From Bdellovibrionales bacterium (lineage in GTDB: Bacteria; Bdellovibrionota; Bdellovibrionia; Bdellovibrionales; UBA1609), in assembly GCA_965219095.1 (NCBI GenBank), contig CBDCMT010000001.1:256001-320000 (forward strand): 64,000 nucleotides of DNA, read 5' to 3'. Below are positions 41,645 to 52,116 of this stretch, piece after piece. Both the position numbers and the translations under genes were made by a program. Under the pieces are notes generated by a model that was not told where the DNA came from, did no database searches, and saw only the letters and a program-made list of their open reading frames with translations. The stretch's first letter is position 1, and every line of letters starts with the position of its first letter.

Positions 41645-43135
41645 CTAAAAAACCTGTTTGCAGACTGTTGCTTGGGCAGTTTTGTGTTTTAAAAGAAGCT
41701 TTTGGATGGATTCGTCTTTTAAAAGAGATTCGTCTAAAGCTCTAACTAACTTTTCCCACTTAGGATGTTTCATTGCCGTTTCCTTTAACAAAACTTGCTC
41801 CCATAGAGCACGTTGAAAATCATGGCCCCTTATTCTTATCAATTCTTCAATCCAATTTGCCCATGCTACAGGGTGTCCTAGAATTACGAAATCTTTTGAC
41901 AAGAGGTCTAGCATGGGGTTTTCGAAAACAGTATAGAACCCTTTAAATCTTAATCTTTCCATCAGGATTTTGTCAACCCAATGATCAAGCAGAGAGAATC
42001 TATTTATTCTGTGGTCTGTCAAAATTTCTTTTGCGAGAAACAAATGAATATTATAGTTGTTCTTGTCCTGAGTTAAAGAGTTCATCAGTCTCACAGATTT
42101 TTTTTGTTGTTCAAGATATTTTACCAAAGTCATGTCATCTCTTTGTATGCCCTGATTAGTTAATATCCTAACATCAGAACTTCCTATTACTATTAATTTT
42201 TCCATTAGAATTAAAAACTCATCAATCTTTTCTTCAAAGGCGAGTCTCCTGAGATCAGCTATGAACATCGATTTCTTAGGCATCGTAATATCTAGCCTTT
42301 CTCTCAAAATTTGTTCTGATATAGAGTAAATCGGAAAACCTATAAGCCCAGATCTTCCGGTAATAGAGGAGAGATCAATCAACTTTTTTGGAAAAATTGT
42401 CCTAAGAATATCACGAATAATTTTAGCATTATAAGATTTAAGCCAATGTTTAATCAGCTTCTTCAATTCTTTAGGTTTTCTCAGCCTTATTAATTCTTCC
42501 ATCATATCATATCTTTGTAAAAGATTTTCTGTAATTGCTTCACGAACTGTATCAGTGCCTCGTTTCATCAAATATTCCATCCATGAGATCCATTGAGGTT
42601 GTTCTATAATTTCTTTTTTTGTTAAAATTTCGTCTGCAATGATGATATGATAAGAAGAATTATAAAGCAAGCGATCAATCAGATCTGGATACATTAAAGA
42701 AACATTTAGCTTGAGCCACTCTCTAACCATAACTGAATGACCTTTTGTTTCTAATGATTCAAGCACTGCTTCATAGGCCCTATTAGTCAAGTCGATGATT
42801 TCCGACTTGTCACGATCATTATCATTGTTAAGCAGATAACTAAGAGCTATTGCATTTCTTTCGAGCTGGTTTCTTAAGTTTGTGAGTGACCCATCGTTCA
42901 TTTTTGTAGTTATGCGTCCTTCAAATTCCTCCCATTTTTTTAAAGTGTTAAAAAACTCCTGAATGTTTATAGGGTCCTGAAATTCTATATCTTGAGTAGA
43001 GGGAGAATCATTTACATATTGTGAAGATGTTTGTGAATTTGAGTGAATACTCCATGAGGTGAAAGCCAGAAAGCTTATGAGAAAAGCAAGTGCTTTGAAT
43101 TTCTTTAAGATTGTTCTGTTTTTTGATGTGATCAT
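41645..43135 (-). CDS. Hypothetical secreted helical-repeat protein, 496 aa
   Basis: AAGGA RBS, signal-like N-terminus, degenerate (H/Q)PxWxxWxxxL repeats, C-terminal CKQVF. Confidence 0.75.
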   Translation of the reverse strand: MITSKNRTILKKFKALAFLISFLAFTSWSIHSNSQTSSQYVNDSPSTQDIEFQDPINIQEFFNTLKKWEEFEGRITTKMNDGSLTNLRNQLERNAIALSYLLNNDNDRDKSEIIDLTNRAYEAVLESLETKGHSVMVREWLKLNVSLMYPDLIDRLLYNSSYHIIIADEILTKKEIIEQPQWISWMEYLMKRGTDTVREAITENLLQRYDMMEELIRLRKPKELKKLIKHWLKSYNAKIIRDILRTIFPKKLIDLSSITGRSGLIGFPIYSISEQILRERLDITMPKKSMFIADLRRLAFEEKIDEFLILMEKLIVIGSSDVRILTNQGIQRDDMTLVKYLEQQKKSVRLMNSLTQDKNNYNIHLFLAKEILTDHRINRFSLLDHWVDKILMERLRFKGFYTVFENPMLDLLSKDFVILGHPVAWANWIEELIRIRGHDFQRALWEQVLLKETAMKHPKWEKLVRALDESLLKDESIQKLLLKHKTAQATVCKQVF

Positions 43136-43420
43136 TTTTCTTATTCCTTAATATCTTCTATCTATTAATGAGAATTTGTTTCCCAACTAATGATTTTCTG
43201 TTTACTCCAGATCTACTTTTCCTCTTAATGGCAGAACTTACGGAAGAAAAAACAACTGTTAGAACTCCATAAAATGTCTTTTGTTTTCATGTTCTTTATC
43301 CCCCTTCTTCTTCTCTTGGAATTAAGATTAAACTTAAGCTTACAAAAAAGCAAGAAAAAAATTTTTATTTTTTTATTTATGATAGTAGCAACTTGTAAGT
43401 GTAAAGGCTTTAAGAAAATG

Positions 43421-43455
43421 TGACAATTTTTGTCAGTGTATAAACTTTATACACT
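43421..43455. promoter_or_regulatory. Two abutting palindromes (possible operator sites)
   Basis: TGACA-ATTTT-TGTCA and AGTGTATAAA-C-TTTATACACT. Confidence 0.35.
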
Positions 43456-43548
43456 TTTTCCCGACTTCATTGTTTTTTTCGAGAATCTAATGATTTCAAT
43501 TTCAAGTGGTTAAAATGGATTTCAGGCTTAATTTTTTATAGATATTTC

Positions 43549-43642
43549 GTAACTGCTCACTCCTTACTGTGTTTTTTTCTGTTAAGAGCTTCTTGTAAGA
43601 AGATTCCTGTACTTTCTTTTTGAAGAGTCTTATACTCTTTTT
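43549..43642 (-). mobile_element. IS66 (ISBst12-like) terminal relic
   Basis: GTAACTGCTCACTC end shared with 16200-16213. Confidence 0.45.
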
Positions 43643-44874
43643 CCTGACTTCGACACAACACAGTGAGTTAAAAAAAAATATTTCCGTTCTTTTGGCTCTA
43701 GCTTTTAGTTGAAGGAGTTATACACAGGTTTTAGGTTGTTTCTGTGGCCCCGGCCCATTTTACAAGTTTGCAAAAGTTGTTTAGCCTTTTTAAAGAATGT
43801 TTGTAAAAGTAACATCAAAGTCTAAAGGTAAAAAAAGTGTACGGATTGTAGAGTCTGTTTGGCTTAAGGGGAAGTGCGTACAAAAGACCATTCGTTCTAT
43901 GGGTATTTTTGCAAGCGATAAGGAAGTTAAAAAAGCTAAGAAGTTAGCAGAAGAGTTGATCATAGACATTAAGAATCAAAGAAATCCTGTGCTTCCAGGT
44001 TGTGAGAAGCTAGTTTATGGTAAAAGGCCTAAGGAGAAGAAGAAGAAAGAGAAGAAAAAAAAGAGTGAGAAAGATTTCCAGTTTTCAGGCAGTATTTTAG
44101 AGGAGAAAAAGCGTGTTGTTTGTGGTATTGAGAAAGTTTTTAATGAGCTTTATGCTGAGTTAGGTTTTGTAAATTTGATTGAGGGTACAAAGAAAGATTT
44201 AGAGTGGAATGATATTTTAAAGCACTGTGTTTTATCAAGAGTTTTTAATCCAGAATCAAAAAGAGGTAGTGTAGAAACACTTTTTGAAGATTTTAACCGA
44301 CAGATTCCTTTAGAGAAAGTTTATAGGGCTATGGATCGTTTTTATCCTTTTATTGAGACATCGAAGAAAAAGGTATCTGAGAACACCTTATCTTTGTTTA
44401 ACAATGAGGTGGATGTTTTGCTTTATGATGTGACGACCTTGTATTTTGAGAGCTTCTCAGAGGATGAGATTCGCAGGTTTGGTTTTAGTAAAGATTGTAA
44501 ATTTAAAGAGACACAGGTTGTTTTGGCACTTATGACAAACTCACAAGGCCATCCTATAAGCTATGAACTTTTTCCGGGCAATACAAGTGAGGGGGCTACA
44601 CTGGTAGAATCTATAAATAAGCTAAAGACTCGTTTTAATGTAAGAAGAGCTGTTTTAGTAGCTGATAGAGCTATGTTTGTAAGAAAGAATTTAGAGACTA
44701 TGGATAAGATGGGGATAGAGTATGTTGTGGCTGCAAAGTTAAAATCCCTTTCTAGCAAGAAAAAAGAAGAGGTTTTAAGTTATAAAAACTATAAGCCCAC
44801 CCAAGTGGCTTGTGATACATCTCATCTTTTTTGGGTGAAAGAGCTAGAGCATGAAGGAAAAAGATTGATAGTTA

Positions 44875-46282
44875 TACCAATTACAGAAATTAATTCGACA
44901 TTTTTATGTTCAAATTTAAAATTTTAAAATTGACTTAAGGAAAAGTTTCAATTAGGAGGCTTTAAAAAAGTTTTTTTTGAAGGGAGGTTGAGTTTTCATA
45001 AGATATGTTTATTTTATGTATATCTATTGTTGTGTGAATCGATTGATGGGTTAAAATAAGTGTAAAAAAGTGAGGTTAAGATGTAAAATGAAAAAAATCA
45101 GTTACGCAATTTAATTTATAGGTTCAAATTAATTTACAAGCTTGATTCATCTTGTTGTTTTGCCCAAGATCGAGTGCATAATTTTTTAATCCTGCCCTCC
45201 TGATCGCAAAAAGTATTCCAGGCCTCACAACAAGTATTCAGTATATGGTCATAGTTTTTAAAACATGCATTCGATAATTTGATCCTTCGTAATTGTTGCC
45301 AGACTTGTTCCATGGGATTTAATTCTGGACTATAAGGAGGTAAAGGCATCAGGGATAAATTCTTAGGAACTATCAAAGTCTCTGTGGTATGCCAACTGGC
45401 TCTGTCCATTAAAACAATTCCATGATAGTTTTCTTGAATATTTTTAGATATCTCATCTAAGTGAATTTGCATCATCCCTGAATTACATTCCGGTAAAACC
45501 CAAGCACAGCCTTTATCTTTATCCGGACAAACTGCTCCAAAAATATAAGTGGATAAAAATTGTCTTTGTCTCACAACTCTAGGTCGTGTGCCTTTTCTTG
45601 CCCAAATCCTGCTTAAAGAACCTTGCTGGCCTATTCTGCATTCATCCTGCCACCAAATCTCTATTTTATGAGTCTGAATCTTTTCCTTTATTTTCTCCAC
45701 CTCTTCTGGAAAATGTTCCTTAAACTGTTCCATAGCTTCTTGTGAAGTTTTAGGATGAAGAGAACGACCACTGATCCATACAATATTAAGACGGTCTAAA
45801 AGAGCATAAACCCCAGAAAGAGAATAGCAACAGTCAAATTCATCTGCTAAAAGTTCCTGTATTCCCTTTGCTCCTATGCTTCCTCCTTCTCTTGTGTCTT
45901 GAATTTCATCTAACTTGATTTTGAAGTTCTCTTCTTCTGTCACTGGCAAACGGGGTTTACGTCCTCTGCCTTTTCGATCTATCAATCCCTCGTAATCAAA
46001 GTCTACAAAAGACTGTAACCAGGATTTGATACTGTGACGGTGATACAAAACCATACCTGCTGTTTCTTGAATCGATTTTCCTTTTTGCATATGGTGCAAA
46101 GCTTGAAGTTTTATCTTGATGTTGGCACTTCTTTCCACTTTGTAAGTAGCTAGAAAATCATACCCTTGAATCTGTGTAACTAAATCTTTTTTCGACATGA
46201 CTCTAAAAATGTAGCAGAGTTTGATTAAAAAGCCAGGACGCTATGCGTTAAAAGAATGTCGAATTAATTTTTGGAAATGGTA
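44875..46282 (-). mobile_element. IS630-family element type A, copy 3 (intact)
   Basis: TIRs; TTA duplicated at 44872-74 and 46283-85. Confidence 0.96.
45134..46198 (-). CDS. IS630 transposase, 354 aa, intact
   Basis: WQDECRIG, MDRASWH, LPPYSPELNPMEQVW. Confidence 0.95.
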   Translation of the reverse strand: MSKKDLVTQIQGYDFLATYKVERSANIKIKLQALHHMQKGKSIQETAGMVLYHRHSIKSWLQSFVDFDYEGLIDRKGRGRKPRLPVTEEENFKIKLDEIQDTREGGSIGAKGIQELLADEFDCCYSLSGVYALLDRLNIVWISGRSLHPKTSQEAMEQFKEHFPEEVEKIKEKIQTHKIEIWWQDECRIGQQGSLSRIWARKGTRPRVVRQRQFLSTYIFGAVCPDKDKGCAWVLPECNSGMMQIHLDEISKNIQENYHGIVLMDRASWHTTETLIVPKNLSLMPLPPYSPELNPMEQVWQQLRRIKLSNACFKNYDHILNTCCEAWNTFCDQEGRIKKLCTRSWAKQQDESSL

Positions 46283-46993
46283 TTAGTTATTCGAACAAAA
46301 GAGCCAAAAGAGATAAAAATCAAAGAGAGCGTTTGATCAATCGTTTGATGAAGAAAGTAAGAAACAAGGAGATTCCTGTGAGTCAGTTGATCTCCAATCA
46401 TGGGACCAAACGTTTTATTAAAGTTGACAATGTGAAAGTGAGCATAGATGAGGAGAAAATAGAAAAAGAAGCTTTGTGGGACGGTCTTCACGGAATTATA
46501 ACAAGTGTTCAAAACAAGACAGCCAGTGAGCTTTTAAGTCGTTACAGAGATCTTTGGAGAATAGAAGAGGCTTTTAGAGTGAATAAGACGACGTTAAAGA
46601 TGAGGCCTGTTTATCATTGGAAAAAAAGAAGAATAGAAACTCACATTGCCATTTGTTTTTTAGCCTATGCGATCTCTTACACAATGGTTTATAAACTCAA
46701 ACAAGCAGGACTTAATTTAAGCTTTGAAAGAATGAGAAAGATCTTAAAAAGAGACCAGTACAGTATTTTAGAAGAAAAAAAGACGAAAAAACTTTATCGT
46801 CTTCCCTCAGGTTGTACAAAGGAAGTAGAGGAAATTTACAGTGCTTTTTCGCTTAAAAGAGACTCCTCTATGAGCCTCTTTCCCACAACATCTGCTGAAT
46901 CTGCTGACCTTTAAAAAACCATTTCCTGTGGCCCCAAAAATTGTAACTATTTGAAATTATTCACTTGTTGCAGTGTGTTGTGTCGAAGTCAGG

Positions 46994-47888
46994 AGATGAA
47001 ACTCTCCTTTTAACACTCCAATCACTGACCTCCACAATAGAACGTTTTTTCAACATCAACTTGTCAAATAAGGGAATCAATTTGTTCTCCATATTTAATT
47101 TGATGTTTGTAATAAGCTTAACTCCCTTCTTTAAAAGTTTTTTGAAAAGGTCTGATGAAATATAACCTTTGTCCCCAAAGAGTTTTCCCATCAGCCCTTT
47201 ACTATAAAACCATAACTTAGCTTTCGATCATCTACATTTCCCGGAGTTAAGGTAAAACTTAAAAGTTCTCCTAGGTGATTGATAACAATATGGAGTTTAA
47301 ATCCAAAGAACCAGCCCATACTATTTTTGCCTCTTTTTAGCTAACTTTTAGAACACTTTATTTCGTCCTATTCTTTTATTTTTGAAGAAAAATCGATGTG
47401 GAATCAATAAATGATATGCCGGTGGTTTTACTCATAAGGCTTGTCGAGAAAAGAAACATCAAAAAAGCCATGTCTTTTTTGATGTTCACAAATCGGGAGT
47501 AAGACAACATTTTAGGAAAATAAGATTTAAGATAGACTTTTGCAAACTGGTAAAAGGCTTTAAAATTCCTAAAGCCAGAACTTTGGAAAAGTAGGCAAAG
47601 AGTGACAATTTCGCTGGGAGACATAGCACAAGAAAAACCTCCTTTATTTTTGGGAACCAGTTCTGGATGCTGCTGTATGAGAGGGGTTAAAAAATCATCG
47701 ACAAGAACATAAATTGATATGATATAATTAGAATTAGAATTAAACATCTTAGACCTCCTTGTATGTTTTTTTATAACTCTCAAGGTGTTTTTTCTTGTAA
47801 GTTGCTTTTTCAAGAAAATCTTACAAAAGTCTGAGGTATTTGTTTATATTAGCTAGCCTTTAGCCCTGAAAAAAGTCGAAACTCGGGT
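46994..47888 (-). mobile_element. IS982-family element, frameshifted, 3' end cut by IS1634-A
   Basis: Left end ACCCGAGTTTCGAC; AAGGAGG RBS and ATG 47747 (IYVLVDDF, MSPSEI.T, SYSRF, FIDST). Confidence 0.88.
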
Positions 47889-47970
47889 TATTAGTAAAGA
47901 GTTTTTTCATAGTTTGTGCGTGATATAAAGGCTTGTATTTTTTTAGGAGAGGTGGGAGTGTTTTTAGGAA

Positions 47971-48243
47971 ATGACTAAAGCTGAGTTCATTCAAAAGGTA
48001 GCTAAAAACACAAGATATACTCAATATCAAGTAGAAAAAGTCATCTCAGAGGCTTTTCAACTCATTCAAGCTGAGGTTAGGAAAGGTGAAGTGATCAAAA
48101 TAGCGGGCTTTGGCACTTTCGAAAAACAAAAGCATAAATCCAGAAAAATAAAAACCCCTCAAAAAGACACTTGTATTGAAATTCCTTCTATGTGGTATCC
48201 AAAGTTTCGCCCTAGCGAATACTTTAAAAATTTTATTAGATGA
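47971..48243 (+). CDS. HU/IHF-family DNA-binding protein
   Basis: MTKAEFI, I.GFGTF, PKFRPS. Confidence 0.92.
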   Translation: MTKAEFIQKVAKNTRYTQYQVEKVISEAFQLIQAEVRKGEVIKIAGFGTFEKQKHKSRKIKTPQKDTCIEIPSMWYPKFRPSEYFKNFIR

Positions 48244-49202
48244 AAATTGCTGTGTTGACAAGCGGAGGTGATGCTCCAGGTATGAACGCAGCCATTCGTG
48301 CTGTTGTAAGATCCGCTATTTTTGAAAATATGAAAATTATAGGGATTCAAAATGGCTATCAAGGTTTAGTAGAAAAAAAAATCATTCCCCTTAACCTTCG
48401 TTCTGTGGCTAATCTTGTTCAAAGAGGGGGGACGTTTTTAAAAACAGGACGTTATCCCGATTTTCTAAAAGAAGATGTAAGACAAACTGCTATAAAAAAC
48501 TTTCGTTCAGAAAATATCAAGGGACTCATCTGTATAGGAGGTAATGGCTCTTTTAAAGGAGCCATTTGTTTAGCTAAAGAAAGTGATATATTAGTTGTAG
48601 GAATTCCAGCAACAATTGATAATGATATTTGCAATACTAACTTTACTATAGGCTTTGATACTGCTGTGAATACAGCTTTACAAGCTATTGATCGGATTCG
48701 CGATACAGCAGAGAGCCATGAAAGACTTTTCCTTGTGGAGGTGATGGGACGGACTTCTGATTTTATTGCACTTTATGTAGGCCTTGCTTCTGGAGCTGAA
48801 GATGTTGTTCTTTATGGACAAAAAGATTTTACTTCTGTTTTAGATCGGTTAAGACAATCTGAAAGGAAAGGAAAAAAAAGCCGTATTGTAGTTGTTTCAG
48901 AAGGTGAGGTTCCGGGAAAAGTGTATGAGCTTTCAAAAGTTATTGAGGAAAAATTAAAAATTAAATCTCGTGTTTGTGTTTTAGGACACATTCAAAGAGG
49001 GGGAAGTCCTTCAGCTTTAGATAGAGTTTTAGCAGCTCTTATGGGAGATAAAGCCGTGAAAGCCTTAAAAAACAAAGAAAATCTTAAAATGGTTTCTATG
49101 GAGAAATACCAAATTCTTTTGACTTCTTTAGAAGAGGCTGTTAGTAAGAGAAAAGAAACTCATAAAACACTCTGTGATCTGGTACACAAACTAGCTAATT
49201 AG
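48240..49202 (+). CDS. pfkA: ATP-dependent 6-phosphofructokinase
   Basis: LTSGGDAPGMNAA, GGT.L, IGGNGS, TIDND, GFDTA, EVMGR, LGHIQRGG. Confidence 0.96.
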   Translation: MKIAVLTSGGDAPGMNAAIRAVVRSAIFENMKIIGIQNGYQGLVEKKIIPLNLRSVANLVQRGGTFLKTGRYPDFLKEDVRQTAIKNFRSENIKGLICIGGNGSFKGAICLAKESDILVVGIPATIDNDICNTNFTIGFDTAVNTALQAIDRIRDTAESHERLFLVEVMGRTSDFIALYVGLASGAEDVVLYGQKDFTSVLDRLRQSERKGKKSRIVVVSEGEVPGKVYELSKVIEEKLKIKSRVCVLGHIQRGGSPSALDRVLAALMGDKAVKALKNKENLKMVSMEKYQILLTSLEEAVSKRKETHKTLCDLVHKLAN

Positions 49203-49337
49203 AATAAAAACAAAATTACCACAACTGAAAGTATGACGATGAAGTCTTTAAACAACTCTGGACTGTGCTGAAGAAGTGGACTCCTGAAGTTCCATAAAAT
49301 CCTCCCTCTAAGGAAAACTTATAAGAGAAATTTAAGA

Positions 49338-50456
49338 TTAGATAGGGCGGTCAGATAACCGAGTTACCTTTCTTCTTATCTGAAGACTCAACATAATTCC
49401 AAAATGATCAGAAAGGAACAATTCCTCTGAGTCTGAAACAATTTTTTGATCTCCAAAAAGATGGTAGGTTTCTAACTTTAATCTCTCTGAAGCAACACTT
49501 TTTTTGTCAAAAAATACATAATCTATTTTGCGAGGCATAAGATCAAGCTCTGAAAAAAAATAGCTTAACTTTTTTCTTTCCTCTAAATTGACTCCTTTAG
49601 AAAATTGATGAGGTGATCTCACCTTCTTAATAACTTTTTTTATATTGCTATTTCTACGAGAGTCAAAAGTAGGTTCAAGCTTTTGATCTGAAAGCTCATA
49701 ACCTGCTTTGAATTCCTCTTTTAAAGCCTTAATAGAAAGAGACTGAGGCCTATCGTTAAAATCACCTGCTAAAATAACAGATGAAGCTTTCTTTTTTTCT
49801 TTTTCAATAAAGGAAAGCAAACAAACAGCTTCCCTAAAACGACGTTTGCTGGACTTTTTCATCTTTTTTTGAAGCCTCTCATAAACCTTAGAGCTTAGAG
49901 ATAATTGAGACAACTTTCTGAGATGATCTTTATTCTCAAGACCTTCTCCATGATGAAAATGCGTGTTCACAAGCAAGAGTTCATAGAAAGTGTTATCTCT
50001 TAATCTTATACGCACAGACGCTGATAAAGCATAACGAAATTCATGAAATTGAACTGATAAAGGATAAGTACAAAACCCTAACCCTCCACTAAGTTTTCTA
50101 GAAGCTCTGTGACTCAACTGAAACTGTTTCTTAGCTAAAATCACAAGGCCTGAACAAAAATGTTGAGGAACGTTAATCAGTTCAAAGAATTTTAAACCAC
50201 AATTATCGACTTGGTAGATAAAATCCATGTTCAACTCTCTAGCATAACGAAGAGCCAGTGGCTTTAGAGGATTCACTTCTTGAAGAAAGACAATGTCAGG
50301 GTCTAATTTTTTTATCTCCTGAATCTGAAGCTTCACACGTTTTTCAAACCTTTTTTTTGCCCCATCCTCTAAGTGCTTTATAGAAAGAAAACTTGTTCTT
50401 CCCATTCCATGCCAAACATTAAAATTTAATATTTTTAATCTATCACTTTGTGACAT
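49338..50456 (-). CDS. Endonuclease/exonuclease/phosphatase (EEP) family protein
   Basis: NFNV, LQEV, NTH, AGDFN, IDYVF and SDH motifs. Confidence 0.88.
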   Translation of the reverse strand: MSQSDRLKILNFNVWHGMGRTSFLSIKHLEDGAKKRFEKRVKLQIQEIKKLDPDIVFLQEVNPLKPLALRYARELNMDFIYQVDNCGLKFFELINVPQHFCSGLVILAKKQFQLSHRASRKLSGGLGFCTYPLSVQFHEFRYALSASVRIRLRDNTFYELLLVNTHFHHGEGLENKDHLRKLSQLSLSSKVYERLQKKMKKSSKRRFREAVCLLSFIEKEKKKASSVILAGDFNDRPQSLSIKALKEEFKAGYELSDQKLEPTFDSRRNSNIKKVIKKVRSPHQFSKGVNLEERKKLSYFFSELDLMPRKIDYVFFDKKSVASERLKLETYHLFGDQKIVSDSEELFLSDHFGIMLSLQIRRKVTRLSDRPI

Positions 50457-50668
50457 CTTTTTTTCTCTTACTTTCCTTTCGTTTTTATTAAAATCTCTTG
50501 CAAATCTTCTATAAAAACTATATTTTCTATACCAAAAAAAGTCTCACATGTCAAAATAGCCTTTTCTAACTTGATTGGCTTCAAAAAGCTCAAGGGGTTT
50601 TAGTTTGATCTGATATGTAACAATTTTTGTCATTTTGAGACTCAGCTCTAAATAATAGAAGTTAGATT

Positions 50669-50683
50669 TGGCACGGCTTTTGT
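50669..50683 (+). promoter_or_regulatory. Possible orphan sigma-54 promoter
   Basis: TGGCACGGCTTTTGT, one mismatch from TGGCACG-N4-TTGC. Confidence 0.35.
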
Positions 50684-50693
50684 TACGTTTACT

Positions 50694-51200
50694 TAAGTAC
50701 TTTTAAAAAATAACTTAGATATTTCAGATTTTATGTCGTAAGATTTACATGTGCTATCAGAGAAAGATCGTCGATTAAGGTTAAAGCTCACAATGACTTT
50801 TCATTTAATAAATGAAAAGCAAATGAGGATTTTAGCTGCGGCAGAATCGAAAGCCTAGGGTCGGGTGGCATAAGCAAGGTATTAAAGTTTACAGGTTTAT
50901 GTCGTCAGACTATTTACAGAGGATTAAAAGAGCCTTCTAAAGGGATGAGAGATTCAAAGATTCGTTCAAAAGGTGAGGAAAGGAAGAAGAAGACTGCAGA
51001 ATTCAATTTACTAAGACAAAAACAAAATCAGGCCTAAAAGTCAAAGCTTGTTTAGATAGAAGGAAATACAAAAAAGGAAAAACAGCGTCTAAAAAGAAGA
51101 TGGAGTTTATAAAAATTAAGAGAGAAGCATTTCATGGCAAGTGAAATTATAAAATACTATCCCACTAAAAGTGTCTAAGTTATTTTTTAATAATTCCTTA
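50694..51200 (+). mobile_element. ISAzo13-family relic, internally deleted
   Basis: TIR-like AAAAAATAACTTAGA / TCTAAGTTATTTTTT; decayed N-terminus (NEKQMRILAAAESKA*GRG-GISKV..TGL.RQTI.RG) and C-terminus (TKSGLKVKACLD..Y.KG...FHGK*NY.I). Confidence 0.8.
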
Positions 51201-51330
51201 CCGAAATTGTGTAACTGATTTTTTCAATAAGAAAACTAATCAAAGAGCTTTGAAAAAATCCTCTCTTTTTATTAAAAAGTGGCCTTTAAGATCTAAAATC
51301 TAAAAAATATTGTAAAAAATTCATTCTCTT

Positions 51331-52116
51331 TTAGCTAGAAGCTGATTCATAACGTCTTAGACCTCTCAAAAAGACATATTTGACAACAAAACCTAAAAAT
51401 ACAACAAAGCCTAAAACGTAAACTAAAAGAGGCCAACGGTGAGGATCTTTCAAAAAATAAAAATAAGGACTAATGATAAGAAGAGAGGGCAGGTAGAATA
51501 AAATACTTCTAAGCCATATGTGATAAATGAATTCAGGGTACCTTCCTACACTGATAAAGTTCATCCTCATCAAATTCACCCCTCGCCCTTCAATAGTCCA
51601 AAAACATGCTAAACTAATAAGCATTTGTAATAAAACACAAGAGTAAACTGACAAAATAAGACTAAAAGGTAAAAGGCACCATTGTAAAAAAGTGAGATCG
51701 TTTTGAAAACCCATAAAAAGAAGAAAAGCTGTTAAAAAAGGAAGTGCAATCAGTTCTGGAATCATAATGAAATTACTAAAAATAACAAAGAGAGAAGGAA
51801 AGGGTTTTGTTAACAAAAAATCCAATTCACCTGTCCTAATGAACATAGGTAAGTGCCAATAATTAGCAGAAAACAAAACTGAATCCACACTAAAAGTCAA
51901 AGAAGCATAAGCCACAAAGAAAAGAAAAGTATCTTTGTTATAACCTCCTATAAAAGAAACATGATCAAAAAGGTAATATACAGACAAAATTGTAGCTACA
52001 TAAAAAGTTATGCTCACAACAAGAGTTGAAATAAAATTTGTACGAAAGCTTGAATAATAGGCTGTACAGTTGTAAAAGTACTGACACCAAAGTTTGAAAA
52101 ACCCCTTGAAGTTCAT
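51331..52116 (-). CDS. ABC-2 family transporter permease (DUF990-like)
   Basis: Multi-TM; IRTGELDFLLTKP, GLRRYESASS. Confidence 0.88.
   Translation of the reverse strand: MNFKGFFKLWCQYFYNCTAYYSSFRTNFISTLVVSITFYVATILSVYYLFDHVSFIGGYNKDTFLFFVAYASLTFSVDSVLFSANYWHLPMFIRTGELDFLLTKPFPSLFVIFSNFIMIPELIALPFLTAFLLFMGFQNDLTFLQWCLLPFSLILSVYSCVLLQMLISLACFWTIEGRGVNLMRMNFISVGRYPEFIYHIWLRSILFYLPSLLIISPYFYFLKDPHRWPLLVYVLGFVVFLGFVVKYVFLRGLRRYESASS

Larger units (their letters stand above)
43643..46993 (+). mobile_element. IS1634-family element A, interrupted by IS630-A copy 3
   Basis: TIR CCTGACTTCGACACAACAC at both ends; tnp halves 43797-44874 and 46286-46914 rejoin in frame (568 aa; YDVTTLYFE, VADRAM, LWRIEEAFR..K); no target duplication. 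Confidence 0.93.

Noticed and set aside
41372..43642. IS66 composite transposon carrying the 496-aa gene
   Set aside because: The left piece is an internal tnp fragment with no terminus, and the right terminus belongs to an element lying further right; no flanking duplication
4964..44927. Shared C-terminal peptides TNYRN* and IPITEINST in unrelated ORFs (4982, 39834, 39871, 44927)
   Set aside because: These are translations of the IS630-A TIR, not a protein motif
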